DNA of 64,000 nucleotides from Eledone cirrhosa (lineage: Eukaryota): the NCBI GenBank assembly GCA_964016885.1, contig OZ024742.1:61876001-61940000 (forward strand), written 5' to 3'. Both the position numbers and the translations under genes were made by a program. The first letter of the stretch is position 1. Each line of letters starts with the position of its first letter. Positions 27,679 through 40,868 of this stretch are shown here, piece after piece. Below the pieces are notes generated by a model. It did no database searches, was not told the DNA's origin, and saw only the letters and a program-made list of their open reading frames with translations.

Positions 27679-30598
27679 ATGGCTAAAACAGCACGAAGAA
27701 AAGGGCCTCAGTACCCTGCGCGTCAATCGAGCCACTCCACGACGGCGGAGTGCAACCCGAGCGACGAGAGGCTGCTAAGAATCACAGGTTCCCGAAGGCC
27801 GCCAAGGAACAGGACTAACCTTTCCATATGCACCTACAACTGCAGGTCTTTAGCAGGGGGCAAGGACTGAACCACCTAATGGAGGAGAAGAAGAAGATCG
27901 GGTGCGACGTGTTAGGGCTGTGCGAGACCCGCCAGAAGAAGGAGGCGAGTTCGCGATGACAAGATGGATGCGCCTTGAGACTCGGGAAAGCAGAGGGTGC
28001 CAGATCGGTCGGAGATATAGGGTTCATCGTAAGCAAGGAATGGGCTTCGAAGGTCGCTTCTTGCCGGTTCATATTGTCACGGATTGGTGTACTGAACGTG
28101 AACCTCTCAGGGAAAGCCACCCTCAAGATCGTCCAGACCTACGCTCCCACAAGTGCCAGCGACGACGATGAGGTGAAAGAATTCTATCACCAGCTAGACA
28201 AAATGCTAGCTGTGAAGTCCACTTACACCGTCGTAATGCGAGACTTCAACGTAAAGGTCGGACAGGGACGGCAAGGGGAAGAGTATGTCGGAAGATTCGG
28301 CTTAGGAGAGCGCCTGGTCACCATGGCGGAGGCGAGACGACTCTACATCGGAAACAACCTATTCAGGAAGAAGAAGGAGAAGAGATGGACCTGGGTATCG
28401 TCAAATTCTGAGCACCGAAACGAGATTGACTACATCTTGGTCGACAAGCGACGCATACTGCAGGACGTCTCCGTCATAACACCATTCAACACTGGCAGTG
28501 ATCATCGTCTGGTGAGGGTGAGGATCGTCATCGACCGGACGAGAGAGAAGAAGGCGCTGCATTTGGCGTCAAAGGGAGAACGCGTCCGGGTCTTCAACGA
28601 GGCGCAGCTGCAGGATGCCATTATGCAGGAAAAGTGGCGTCAAGGAGACGGCATAGACGCTGACTACGACTCACTGATAAGAAAACTGAAGGAGTGCTTG
28701 AGGAAGGCTAAGGGTGTGTGCTCGAGGGAGCGGAGGGAAGAGTCTCGGAGGAAACTATGAAGTTGCTTGAGAAGAGGAAGAATATGAAGAGGACATCTGA
28801 AGATCACCTGGAATATTCCCTTCTCAGCAGAGTGATACGTCAACAACTGAAGAGAGACTTCGAGGCATACCGGATGGAGAAGCTCCTGAAGGCCGCAAAA
28901 GAAAAGAAGAGCTTCAAGAAATGCGTGAGGGACATGACAATGTACAGATCAGAAGTGATGACCCTGAAAAACACAGCTGGAGTACCGGTCAGCGACAAGA
29001 GTGAGGTGGAAAAGGTTTGCGAAGACTTCTACACCAAGCTCTTTAAGTCTGCCGGGAATGTGCAGCCGTTGCCGTCACTCCAACAGGAAGAAAATGTGCC
29101 ACCCATCCTTGTCGGTGAGGTCGAAAGAGCCGTCGGTTTGATGAAAAGCGGAAAGGCGCCAGGGAAAGACGGCATAACATCGAAGGTGTTGAAGTCAGGC
29201 GGAGAGCAGCTCTGGAAAACCCTCGCTGAGCGATTCACACACTATCTGGACGAGGGAAGAATACCCTCGCAGTGGAAAGAGTCGAATACCATCCTACTAT
29301 ACAAGAAGGGCGATAGAGAAGATCTGAAGAACTACCGACCCATGTGCCTGCTGTCTCACGTGTACAAGCTGTTCACGAAGATAATCTTGAACAGGTTATC
29401 ACGTCATCTGGACGAACAGCAACCGAGAGAGCAAGCCGGCTTCCGGAAAAACTACAGCACGATGGACCACATATTTACTCTGACACAACTGCTTGTGCGA
29501 GCAAAAGAGTACAAGATGCCTCTTTGCGTCGCATTCGTAGACTACGAAAAGGCCTTCGACAGCGTCGAAATCAACGCGCTGCTGAACTCGCTGCAGAGGC
29601 AAGGAGTCGAGGCGCAATAGTTCAACTGCTCAGGGAGGCGAGTTCCGGATGCACCACCGACATAGCTCTGCTGTCGTCACCCGTAGAGTGCCGGTCGAGA
29701 AGGGAGTGAAGCAAGGAGATACGATCTCTCCAAAACTTTTCACCGCGTGTCTCGAGCAGATCATCAGAGGCATTGACTGGCAAGGCGGTGTCAACATCAA
29801 CGGCGAGATACTTACCCACCTCCGTTTCGCTGATGATATCGTACTCATCGCTGAAACCACGGATCAGCTTCAGACCATGCTGACGGAGCTCGACATCAAA
29901 AGCTCTGCAGTAGGCCTCAAGATGAACCGCATGAAAACGAAGTTCATGCGGTCCGACAACGTACCAACAGGTCGAATGGTGGTTGGCGGTGTTGAAATAG
30001 AGGAGGTGGAGGAATACGTCTACCTGGGACAAGAAGTGAACATGCGCCGAGACATTGAGAGGGAGATCTCGTGGAGAGTAAGGGCTGGATGGAAGGCGTT
30101 CAACAGCATAAGGGATGTGCTCAAGGGGAGGTTGGACAATACCACCCACGCCAACCTCTTCAATAGCACAGTTTTACCTGCAATGTTATATGGCAGTGAA
30201 ACTTGGGCTACAACGAAGAGAGAAGAGCAGAGGCTGGTAACGGCTCAAAGAGCCATGGAGAGATCAATGCTAGGAATCTCGTTGAGAGAGCATATCAGGA
30301 GCGAAGTCATCAGACAGAAGTCCGGAGTGAGGGACGTCATCACGGAATATATGCGCAGCAAGTTCAGATGGGCTGGACACGTCGCCCGGTTCATCGATAA
30401 TCGGTGGACCCGCGCAGTTGCCGAGTGGTACCCGCGCGAGCGGAAACAACCACTCGGAAGGCCTCCACGAGGGTGGAGTTACGATTTTAAGAATACGATT
30501 GGGATTACATGGATGAAGAAAGCACGATCCAGAGAGGAATGGACGGCGTGCTACGACCAGCGGCGCCGAATGGACGCCCGACAGACTGGTCGGTCAAG

Positions 30599-30602
<4 letters not shown>
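27679..30602 (+). pseudogene. RTE APE endonuclease-reverse transcriptase, disrupted
   Basis: ORF fragments 27661-27870, 27975-28760, 28718-29620 and 29649-30602 are separated by stops and frameshifts. Confidence 0.9.
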
Positions 30603-30633
<31 letters not shown>

Positions 30634-30710
30634 GTGTATGTGTGATTTTGTGTGTATTCATATATGTATGAATGCATACATGTGTATGTAAGCACATGTG
30701 CATGTGTATG

Positions 30711-30789
<79 letters not shown>

Positions 30790-30795
<6 letters not shown>

Positions 30796-31326
30796 AAAGA
30801 ATAGAGGTGTAACACACAAGTTATTATATATTGGTAAACGGAATAGAAAATGCTGACAAATTGTTCACAGTTGAAAAATGGTTTAATTAGGAATAAAAGA
30901 GTATTAGTGATTGTATGGGTTAGTATTCAGTTGTGGTTTTAAGTTTTTAAGTTTTTACCGGTTGCGCATTTCTAAATGCTTTTCAAAAATAATTTTGAGA
31001 TAGAGTGTCCGTGCTGTTTGCTCTGATCTGATTAGTTTTGGGAATTCTACCTGTTTTTATGTTAAAAAAATGGCTCCAGCGTTATTTTTGTGTTGCAAAA
31101 ATGCTTGTGGTCAAAACAATTTTGATTGGTCGGTAGAGGTCACTCAGCACGGACACTCTATCTCAAAATTATTTTTGAAAAGCATTTAGAAATGCGCAAC
31201 CGGTAAAAACTTAAAAACTTAAAACCACAACTGAATACTAACCCATACAATCACTAATACTCTTTTATTCCTAATTAAACCATTTTTCAACTGTGAACAA
31301 TTTGTCAGCATTTTCTATTCCGTTTA

Positions 31327-31332
<6 letters not shown>
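30790..31332. repeat. Long inverted repeat (PLE-like termini), same family as 50518-52052
   Basis: 30826-31017 is essentially the exact reverse complement of 31145-31336; flanked by (TA)n. Confidence 0.8.
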
Positions 31333-31364
<32 letters not shown>

Positions 31365-31499
31365 TAAGATGTATGGTAGGTCGTATGTGAATCGCGATGA
31401 TCACGTCTGACTTACCAAATATGTGACGGTAGCTATATGCCGACGGCTGTCGGCAATAAACTTGTTATAATGTCATAATAGTTCCTTTGTTCTTTTTCA

Positions 31500-31576
<77 letters not shown>

Positions 31577-31580
<4 letters not shown>

Positions 31581-31968
31581 TAATAAAAACAATGAATAAA
31601 AACAAAGAAACAGTTCCTTATATTAAAAGATTCATCATTTTACGATCGTTTCTAGGATATATATGTGTGTGTTGGTATGTATATCATATAGATCTATGTA
31701 AACATTTTACAAACTATCAGAGGGAATATACATACCTACACATTTATATGCTGTCTTCAGAAATAATTTCTGAAGACATTATTTCTGAAGACAGCATATA
31801 AATGTGTAGGTATGTATATTCCCTCTGATAGTTTGTAAAATTTTTACATAGATCTATATGATATACATACCAACACACACATATATATCCTAGAAACGAT
31901 CGTAAAATGATGAATTTTTTAATATAAGGAACTGTTTCTTTGTTTTTATTCATTGTTTTTATTAATTT
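31577..31968. repeat. ~190-bp-arm near-perfect palindrome carrying two hammerheads
   Basis: 31577-31767 versus 31778-31968, with a small duplication of tttctgaagaca at the centre. Confidence 0.85.
31777..31912 (+). ncRNA. Type I hammerhead with ~100-nt stem II (mirror copy on minus strand at 31634-31767)
   Basis: cattattt-CTGAAGA-cag..ggtatgtatat..atatacatacc..ccta-GAAA-cgatcg-TA-aaatgatg. 8-bp stem I, palindromic stem III. Confidence 0.7.
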
Positions 31969-32098
31969 ATCTTGACTCTGTTTTCCTGTGATTTTCATCG
32001 AAAAAATTTTTGAATACATCTTTTCTTTTCATGATATTTGGATTACATTGAGTTCTTCATACGGATTAGACACTACCGTATATTTTGGTAGATTTATC

Positions 32099-32162
<64 letters not shown>

Positions 32163-32381
32163 TAAATAATCCCTCTTGACAATATAAACATATGAGCATT
32201 ATGTATGGCGACTCTCTTTGAATTAGTCTTCATGTCTGATTCTTTGGCTTTCGACAATGATGAACGTGGTGGGAGTGGGAGTAATGGTGGGGTTGATGAT
32301 GATGGAGGAAGATGAGGAAGGGAACGATTATAGTAATGATGGTGATGATGATAATGAAGGTTCGCAGTGCGTATGGTGGTT

Positions 32382-32443
<62 letters not shown>

Positions 32444-34905
32444 AATGAGAGATTATAGGGTTGTGATCTTGATGTTATAGTGTTTTATTTTTTTATCTGT
32501 AAACCTACTTGGATGAGAAAGAGAAAGGCACCTGTATAGGCCGTCTTAGTGAAACAACCATAAATAATTGTTATGTCTTCATGGCATTCTTAATAAAATA
32601 AATTATAGAATTCAATTATCTGAGCTTGGTAGTGATAAACCAAATCCATATTGCACAACTGTGTTGATTACGCTGTCTATACCAGAGATCTCAAACATGT
32701 GGCCCGCAAACTACTTTTCTCTGGTCCATGACAGAACAATTTTCGTGAGTAATATTTTCTTAAACTTGGTCATTTCTCCCAGTTTCAATAATATTTGTAG
32801 TCCGATCTCACTCCAAAATACAATAAAGTAGTAAAAACTATATGTATCAAAAGTGAAAACGGAAAAACGGGAATTTACCAAAGGTAAAAACGGAATTAAG
32901 GAAAATTTCAAACGGAAAATTTGTTTCCCTACATTTTGTACTAATTCACATATCCCACTTACGCATTCATTTTGATGATTCTATTAGCATTATAACTAGC
33001 GGAAATCACGCTCTCCTCTCATCTCACTTTTGGCCTGCTGTTCCTCTCTCCCAAGACTCCCAAAATGACCCTTTTGATTCCTTGAGTTTGTGACCCTTTC
33101 GCTATACAAAAATGTTTTGCATTGTTGTTTATATTATTTCTTACATTTATCCAACTTTGGTGTTGTGTGAAGGGCAGAGAATTGGCAGAGTAGATAAAAC
33201 ATCAGATAGAATGTTTCGGCTCTCTGCAGTCTGATTTTAAATACTGCGGATGTTAATTTTGATTTTCCTTCTTTCGAGATTGATCAAAAAAGTGCCTGTT
33301 GAATACTAAGGTAGATCCTTCCCCTGTGTCTCTTTTCCCCGTCCTTTTCCTTTCTCTAGCTCTATTTCTCTCGAAGAAATCTGCTGTATTCAGATCAGAC
33401 AGGTAAAGAATGAGCTCTTTCAGGTTTTAAATGCCTAGGACACGCCGTGTATCACTCCATCGGGAGTTAAGGACATGCATTCATTGTTGTATGAGAAAGT
33501 AATATTATTGTCGTAATCAGTACTGTTTCCTTCTAGAAGTATTTATGAAAGATGGATGAGAACGGTAAGATTGACGAGGCGAGGCGCAATGGGTCTACAC
33601 TGGCTCTATCTGATGGCACACTTTCAATGTACTTGGTGTGATAGTGTAATCCTCGATTTTGTGTGAGATTCACCCTAGAATTACGCTAAAGAATTATTCC
33701 TTGGTAGGGGGAAGGTTTCCTGGTTGACTTCTGTTACTGTTTTATATTGTAATTATTTCTATTCATTACAATTATTATTATTTGGATATCTACTTCTTAC
33801 CATTTACTCTATGTATTTCATTTGTGTATGGTTCCTAATCTCTTGAGCCCTGATGCTTAATAATAAAAAAAATCCTTTTGTTCTTATTTTAATTAAGTGC
33901 TGCCACTGATTTACTGGGCACAGCTAGGTCTGAAATAAGTATGTGCAGCCTTATTTTTGTATGTTTTTGTTTATTATATTGAAAGTGATCTACATAATGT
34001 GTACAGTTTTTAATAGCGCTATTTTCTCTATGTTGTGCATATTTGTAACTCCATGAGTTTGGGTTATATATCTGCATGTGTGCTTCTTATCGTTCCCAGA
34101 GCACATATCTTTTTTTCTTTTAGAGCATTCCATAAGCCGTCGTGTAATTCAAGCGAATCATCATCCAGTTGACTAACTGCTCTTGCATCATCATCATTCT
34201 CAGTAATACCAAGGTTCAAGCGTAAACCACCCTCCTCAACTGCCCTAGCAGATCCATTAAAATTTTCCTGTTCTTGTTGCTTATTCTCCTCCCTGACTTC
34301 AGTCGTAGAAACGACTTCAGCTTTTACCATAACCTCCCTTTGTTGTTCGACTGCAAGTTCGTCCACTAATTTGAGATATTTCTACCTCAGTTAACCAATC
34401 TTTCCTTCTAATCAACAGTTTACTTCCTGACATTAAAAACATGTCCATTTCCATCCAAAGATCCAGACTACGTTGTCGTATTCTACAACTTCTTTCCTGC
34501 TTTGCTCTTTCATGACATTCAGGGAGTACGGTGTACTCTTCCATAGCTTACTCGTGTCAAACTGCGTACACATTTTGTATGGGGTCTGTTGCTTGCTATC
34601 TATCTGCCTCTGGCAGATCACTTCGCCTGTTGAGGAGGGATCCAAACTTGCCGAACAAGAAACCTTTGCTATCTAACCAAGATTGGAGTGGAGTATTGTC
34701 CTTAATATGTGAACACTATGCTAATGTGGGATCATACTTGATTATGACCAAGATCGAATATTGCCCCTAATTTATGAGTAATGCTCTAATGTGGGAGTCT
34801 TACTTAAGCTTTCAAGAAGGTTAGCATGCGTAGGCTGTATTCAAAATTTAATCAATTTTATTCCAGCTTTCAAGCAAGTGTAAAATGAAATATTGTATAC
34901 AAATA

Positions 34906-36145
34906 CAGAGTGCGGACGGTATTTGAGGACAGATTTATGGTTTTAAACAAACGCTTATATAATAACAGAAAAAAACTGTATTCTTATAAAAATAACATAA
35001 ACATAAAGCTATACTATCAATTTAATCATTTCATTCAATAAAACCACCATAAGCATCAATAACTACCTCTACGTGTGGTTGATATCGTTTACAAGCTCGG
35101 ATTAAGTGGTCCTTGTTCATATCGGACAGACTCGAACTATTACGGCTTTCAAGGAATCTTTGGTGCTATGGGAGTGTTCATTGACATTTTTCTCAACAAT
35201 GCTCCATACATAGTAGTCCAGTTGATTGAGATCTGGAGAATTAAGAGGCCAAATGTTGGGGGTGATGTGATCATGCAAATTGTTGGCCATCCATTCTTGT
35301 GTCATTTGAGCCTTGTGTGATGGTGCAGAATCTTGTTGAAAGACATAAGGCCTTCCATTGCATACACTGTTGATCCAAGGCTTAACAACTTTATCCAGTA
35401 CCTCAATATACGCAGCAGCATTCACCCTAAGGCCTTGTGGAAAAAAAGTGAGGAGGATCACATGTCCTTCATTTCTAACAACACCCAAAACCATGACACT
35501 TGCAAGACACCTCAGAAGGGTCTGCACATAGCCACCTGTCATTTCTTTTGTTAATTTTCTGGTCCTGGTCAAAGTTTTTCTCATCTGAGAAAAACAAAAT
35601 CACATCATCTTCTGATGGATTTTTAAGTTTGTTCAAAAGTCTTTTGGGTCTAATTAAACGGTTTTCTTTTGTTTTTTCTGATATGAATTAACCTCTCCTC
35701 ACCACGTAAGATTTGTATCTGATGTCTTCATGCACAACATTTCTGATTGTTTTTTCTGACACAAACATTTTTTGCAATTGACCTCATTGATTTTCTTGGA
35801 TTGTCATCAATGTTTTGCTTAACTTCCTGAATAAATTCAGGTGTCCTGATAGAATCAGAGCATTTAGAATGTTTTTTACGTTTTGATACAGGTAATACGC
35901 TTCCATCTTATTTCTCTAACTCACACCGAATCTTATGGACAAAAGATCTTGCAACTTTCAGAAAAAGAGAAATTTTTAGATCATCCTGCTTAGCCTTCAA
36001 AGCCACAATCACAGCAGGCCTTTTCATTTCATTAGTAAGCATAGTTATTTTCATTGTCATTTTCTGAAATAGAAGTTCAATAAAAATTAGTCCAATAAAA
36101 TAATGACTAAAAATGCATGTGTCCTCAAATACCGTCCGCACCCTG
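34906..36145 (-). mobile_element. Tc1/mariner DD37D (maT-type) DNA transposon, inactive
   Basis: 26-bp TIRs cag(a/g)gtgcggacggtatttgaggaca with TA duplication at both ends. Transposase remnants FSDEK, FQQDSAPSH, WPLNSPDLNQLDY, with 37 residues between the 2nd and 3rd D. Confidence 0.92.
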
Positions 36146-36152
36146 TATACGT

Positions 36153-36310
36153 AGGCTGCGATTTGGCAGAGTTATTAGAATGTCGGATAAAATACTTTGC
36201 GGTATTTTTTCCGGCTTTCTTTTCTTTGAATTCAAATCCCGCCGAGGTCAACTTTGACTTTCATTCTTTTGAGGTCGATAAAAAAGTATTACTCTAGTAC
36301 TGGGGTCCAT
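36153..36310 (+). mobile_element. SINE copy
   Basis: ttggcagagtt..ttcaaatcccgccgaggtcaactttgactttcattc..gtcgataaa. Confidence 0.75.
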
Positions 36311-36866
36311 TTTTCCTCTATTTGTCTTTCTCACTTCCTTTCACCCTCTATCCAGATCTGGAAGAAATCTGTTGTGTTTATACATAGAGAGGAGATGGGT
36401 TCCGCCAGGTTTTAAAATAAAATACCTAGAAACGCTGTATTTCAATATGGCACCCCTACGACTCTGTCAGGAGTTACAGATCCATCCATTCATCCACCCA
36501 TCCACCCATCCATCCATCCATATATACACCTACACATTTTCTAATGACCTTCTAACAACAGATATAATCGCCGCTTCAATTTTTCCGGAATTCATCTCGT
36601 AGTGGAAAAATTTAAGATTTCGCTCGAATGGAGAGAAAAATGTAAAATTAAATACAAGGGCGACAACAACTGCAACAACACATAGTTACTAATGTTGTGG
36701 GTGTTATTTCTACTAACGGTTGTTGTCTTCATTAATTTTAAATGAATTGAAAACATTTGAAGCCATAAATGATGAATGTTTTTCGCTTAGTGATTCTACC
36801 ATGTTTTAACGTTGGATTCTTTGTTTTGTTGTGTTTCGACGTAGTAGTAGTAGTAGTAGTAGTACA

Positions 36867-37340
36867 GCGGTATATTGGCAGAATAGTTAGAGCATCGTTC
36901 AAAATCGTATGCGGTATCTAATTACAACTCTACATTCTAAGTTCAACTCGGGCAGAGATCAAATTTGCCTTTCATCCTCACGGGGTCGATAAAAAAAAAT
37001 ACCAGCAAACGCATTGGTGTCGTTTAAACAGACCTTCCCCTTTCTTTCAAATTGCTGGCCCAGTGCCAAAAGTAGAAACTATTTTTTTTTTAATTGGCAG
37101 AGCCGTTAGAATATTAGACAATATTTGTTCCGGTTCATTACACTCTGAGTTCAAATCCCGCCGAAGTCAACTTTACCTTTTATATTTTCAGGGTGGATGA
37201 AATAAAGTACCAGTCAGGTACTGGGGTCATTCCAGTAATGGATAATTGCTGGCCTTGTGCCAAAAAGTAGAAATAATTATTATCGACTTTCGTTTTTCCT
37301 AAAATTACTGGCCTTGTGCCAATATTAGAAAGAATTATTT
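36867..37340 (+). mobile_element. Two tandem SINE copies with duplicated tail
   Basis: A/B-box heads at ~36875 and ~37093; tails tggcc..gtgccaa..agaaa at 37056, 37250 and 37309. Confidence 0.8.
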
Positions 37341-39092
37341 ATTTATTTATTTATTCATTTATTTATTCATTTACTTATTCATTTATTTATCTATTTATTT
37401 CAAAAAATTTGCGGAAACGATTTATTTGTCATGAAAAATGTGTAAGGATTGGAAAAAATAATTTGTTGATGTATGTGACGTGGATATAAGCATCGGTGCA
37501 TAAAACAAAACAGATTCGTTACAACAATAAAACCTGTTGCCATAGGAGACATTTCACACATATCCGGCTCTAAGTGTTTTGTATCTGAATGAACCATCGA
37601 CGTGATCTTAGTGTCCACCCCTGCACTATAAAACCACAAAAAAGCCACTCAACAATTTACAATTAGTTCTGCTGCGGCTGCTATTGCTGCTGACAAGTCA
37701 CCATTGAAGAGTTGATTTTATTTTTGATTTTATTTCCTTTTATTTTTTATTTTTTAGTTTTATGTATTTTATGTTATTTTTATTTTTATATTCCTGATTT
37801 TTTTTTTATCTTGTTTTGTACTAGCTATAACATAGTAAATGATGTTGTTATGTTGAATGATTTGATGAGGGGGCGTTTAACATTAATGCCGAAAATAGGA
37901 ACTTACTTTTTTGTTTTATATATATTGCGTGTATCTATGTGTGGGTGTGTGCGTGTGGGTGTGCATATATGTATGTATATATGTGTATATGTATATTAAT
38001 ATATATTAATATATATATATATGTGTGTGTGTAATTATAATCTTAGGAAAATTAACAAAGAGAAGGCAAGACAACGAACGAAAACAAAGCAAAATGAAAA
38101 ACAATTTTTTTAAGGGGCAACCTTAAAAAGAAATTTTTTGAAAACAAAATACAAACGAAAGACACAGAACTTCAGGGTCATCAACCGTTGAGATTAACTT
38201 TTACAGTTTTGACTTCTACCAAAGGTACTGCTGTTCCAACCGGGGCCACAGCGTCTGATACAAGAAAAAATGCTGTCCAGGGTGTAAAGAAAATTGTTTG
38301 TTTGTATGTTTAGTTCATTTGTTTGATGATATTATAAGTTGCAAAGATGATGTTGTCAAAGAAGTTGAATGAGTGAGTGACTTGTTGGTCAAGTAATGGC
38401 AAGTGACTAAGTGAAATATGTCTCAGTGAGTCGATAAAGGTTTTGCCATATTCGAGAAAACAATTAGTTGTGGTGTGAAGTGATATTACCGTGCCAAAAA
38501 TGATTCTCCAAAATACCACGTATAAAAATTATTAAATGAACAAGACACTGCTAACTTAAATGTTTTTATTCATAACATGATTTATTTCGAAATCATGTGC
38601 ATGAACAACTTTGCAAGTATAGATCGTAGTATGTTATGTATGCAATGTAGTATACATAGTAGTAAATTTTACTAACCTGGTAGCAAACACAACTAGTGCC
38701 GATTCCAGCAGGGCTGGCTAGCGAGTGTCTGTGTCAGTGTGTGTCTACATTGCTATGCTGGCCAAACAAAACTTAGAGTTTCAGAGGCATACTGTATTTT
38801 ACCGAGTCGGGAAGCAGAATGTGTTCTTGGGATCAAATATCTCTTGTATATATATGGGAAATTTGGTTGTCCAGCAGCATTAAACAGATGGCCCTCTCAA
38901 CTGTCTTCTTTCCGGACACTCTGGCACCCAAGAGAATATTATCTAGGTTTTTGGCTTTGAGGTCACATGTCCGTCGTTTTGTGGTCGTGAGTGGCAGGCT
39001 GAGAAAACCATCGTTAGAAAAATATGTCGAAGTTTCGCTACAATATATATGTGTACCCAACAATAGCAACACTGTTGTTATTATTAAAGTTA

Positions 39093-39928
39093 TCTAAATT
39101 TATATATAAAATTCTTTGTCTGTCTGCCTGCCTGTCTGTCTGTCTGTCTCTCTGTCTGTCTGTTCCTATCCATTCTCAAACGGCGCGACAAAATCAAATC
39201 AAATTTTACAAGACCTCAGAAGTGTCAACATGTAATTTTTATTTTCATTTGGATTAAACCAATATAACATTTTAACTAAAATATTTCAATAGTCAACTAT
39301 AGTAAACTACCACCACTACGACGTCACATTTTGTATATGAGTGTGTTTGTGTCTGTGAGTGTGTGTGTGTGTGTGTGTGTTTACGAGTTTGTTACGTACA
39401 TTAGGCCTCAAAGAATTAAACACACGCACACATCTACACACACATATAGCCTTAGTAAGTTGCATACACATTATCTTCACACAGAAAGAGTTAAACACAC
39501 ACATCTACACATACATATACATGTGCTGACTAACACGTAATAGGTGTGCGTGAATGTATGTCTTTCTCTAGGACTTCTGATATTTTCTTTGAAAAAATGA
39601 AATGAAAAGCTATGCGTGTGTCTGCGTGAATGTATGTCTGTGGGTGTCTGTCTTAGTATATGTATGTGAGTGTATGTGTGTGAGTGTGTAGCGACTTATT
39701 TGGATACCAACAACAAATTACACATTAAATATTGTTTACCCTAAGAGGCTTCAAGATTGACCGATTTTCATTTCTAAATTCTATTATCATTCCAATTTTG
39801 ATATTTTTTAATAAAATATAGATATTTTGAAATAATTATGAGAAAAAAAAACATCTCTTCATATTTATTGTTTACTAATCTGAATAAGAACAGCAGTAAC
39901 CCGGGCAACGCCGGGTAATTGAGCTAGT
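39093..39928 (+). mobile_element. Non-autonomous Helitron-like element
   Basis: 5' tcta..tatatataaaa followed by (ctgt)n. 3' hairpin acccgggcaacgccgggt followed by CTAG|t. Confidence 0.65.
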
Positions 39929-39934
39929 ATATAT

Positions 39935-40146
39935 ATATAACAAAGTAATTGTGGTAAGGAACCAGATGGACCATAACGCACCAGAGTACTCAATACTTAG
40001 GGTAGTAGAGTGGGAAATTGAAAAAAGTAAGACCCCGACGGCAGAGCTCAAGCCCTTTCGACGGCTATTTCTGGACGGCTATTTCAGTCCAGAAATAGCC
40101 GTCGAAACGGCTTGAGCTCTGCCGCCGGGGTCATACTTTTTCCTAT
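39935..40146. mobile_element. PLE 3'-end fragment with fold-back of hammerhead 3' half
   Basis: Hairpin 40020-40143; homologous to 25110-25310. Confidence 0.75.
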
Positions 40147-40239
40147 ATATATATATATATATATAGATAAACATGAGTTCATGCAATTGACTTATGTTTC
40201 GTCACTATATATATAGATAGATAGATATAATAGAATACT

Positions 40240-40570
40240 AGATACAGCGAAGGCCATATGCAGTTGTGTGTAAGTTTATTTCTATATCATGATATATATT
40301 TCGCTGCCTCATATCATTATATCTGGTCTGTTATGCTTGCATTTTATTGGGTTTTTTTACTGGAACATTCCACCAGTACTCTTTCATGTTATGTATGTGT
40401 ATGTCTTCCACATTGCTGTAACTTTTAATATGTTTATTGTCAGGGCTAGCTTTTCTACGGATTGCATTGTATAGTGTTTTGGCCACTACAGCATGCCTGA
40501 TAGGTAGATAGTACTGTGATGACATATTTGGACAGCTGCTTATGACATGGGTGACATCTTCGATGTATCT
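40240..40570 (-). mobile_element. R4/Dong-like non-LTR fragment (zinc knuckle + restriction-like endonuclease)
   Basis: EDVTHVISSCPNM..YLPIRHAVVAK..YWWNVPV..RPDIMI motifs. Confidence 0.7.
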
Positions 40571-40745
40571 ATGTCCTACAGTAGTACTTTAGGGGCCAAT
40601 GCAAAAAAAACGCCGTTTTCAAAGAAAATATCAGAAGTCCTAGAGAAAGAATTTAAAAAATTAAGAAAAAGACAAATACAACAATGAAGCATACTAGGGA
40701 CGACTTTTACATGAGATCATATATATATAGAGAGAGAGAGAGAGC

Positions 40746-40868
<123 letters not shown>

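Larger units (their letters stand above)
27456..30602 (+). mobile_element. Apparently full-length RTE-clade LINE inserted in (TA)n
   Basis: Single disrupted APE-RT frame: ICTYNCRSL, QTYAPT, DFNVKVG, NEIDYI, SDHR, GKAPGKDG, YRPMCLL, EQAGFR, DYEKAFD, GVKQGD, FADD, YLG, RWAGH. Confidence 0.95.

Noticed and set aside
39561-40650. 35-bp inverted pair (39561-39595 / 40616-40650) as the TIRs of one element
   Set aside because: Both appear to be internal to Helitron-like repeats in opposite orientation, and no target duplication is seen.
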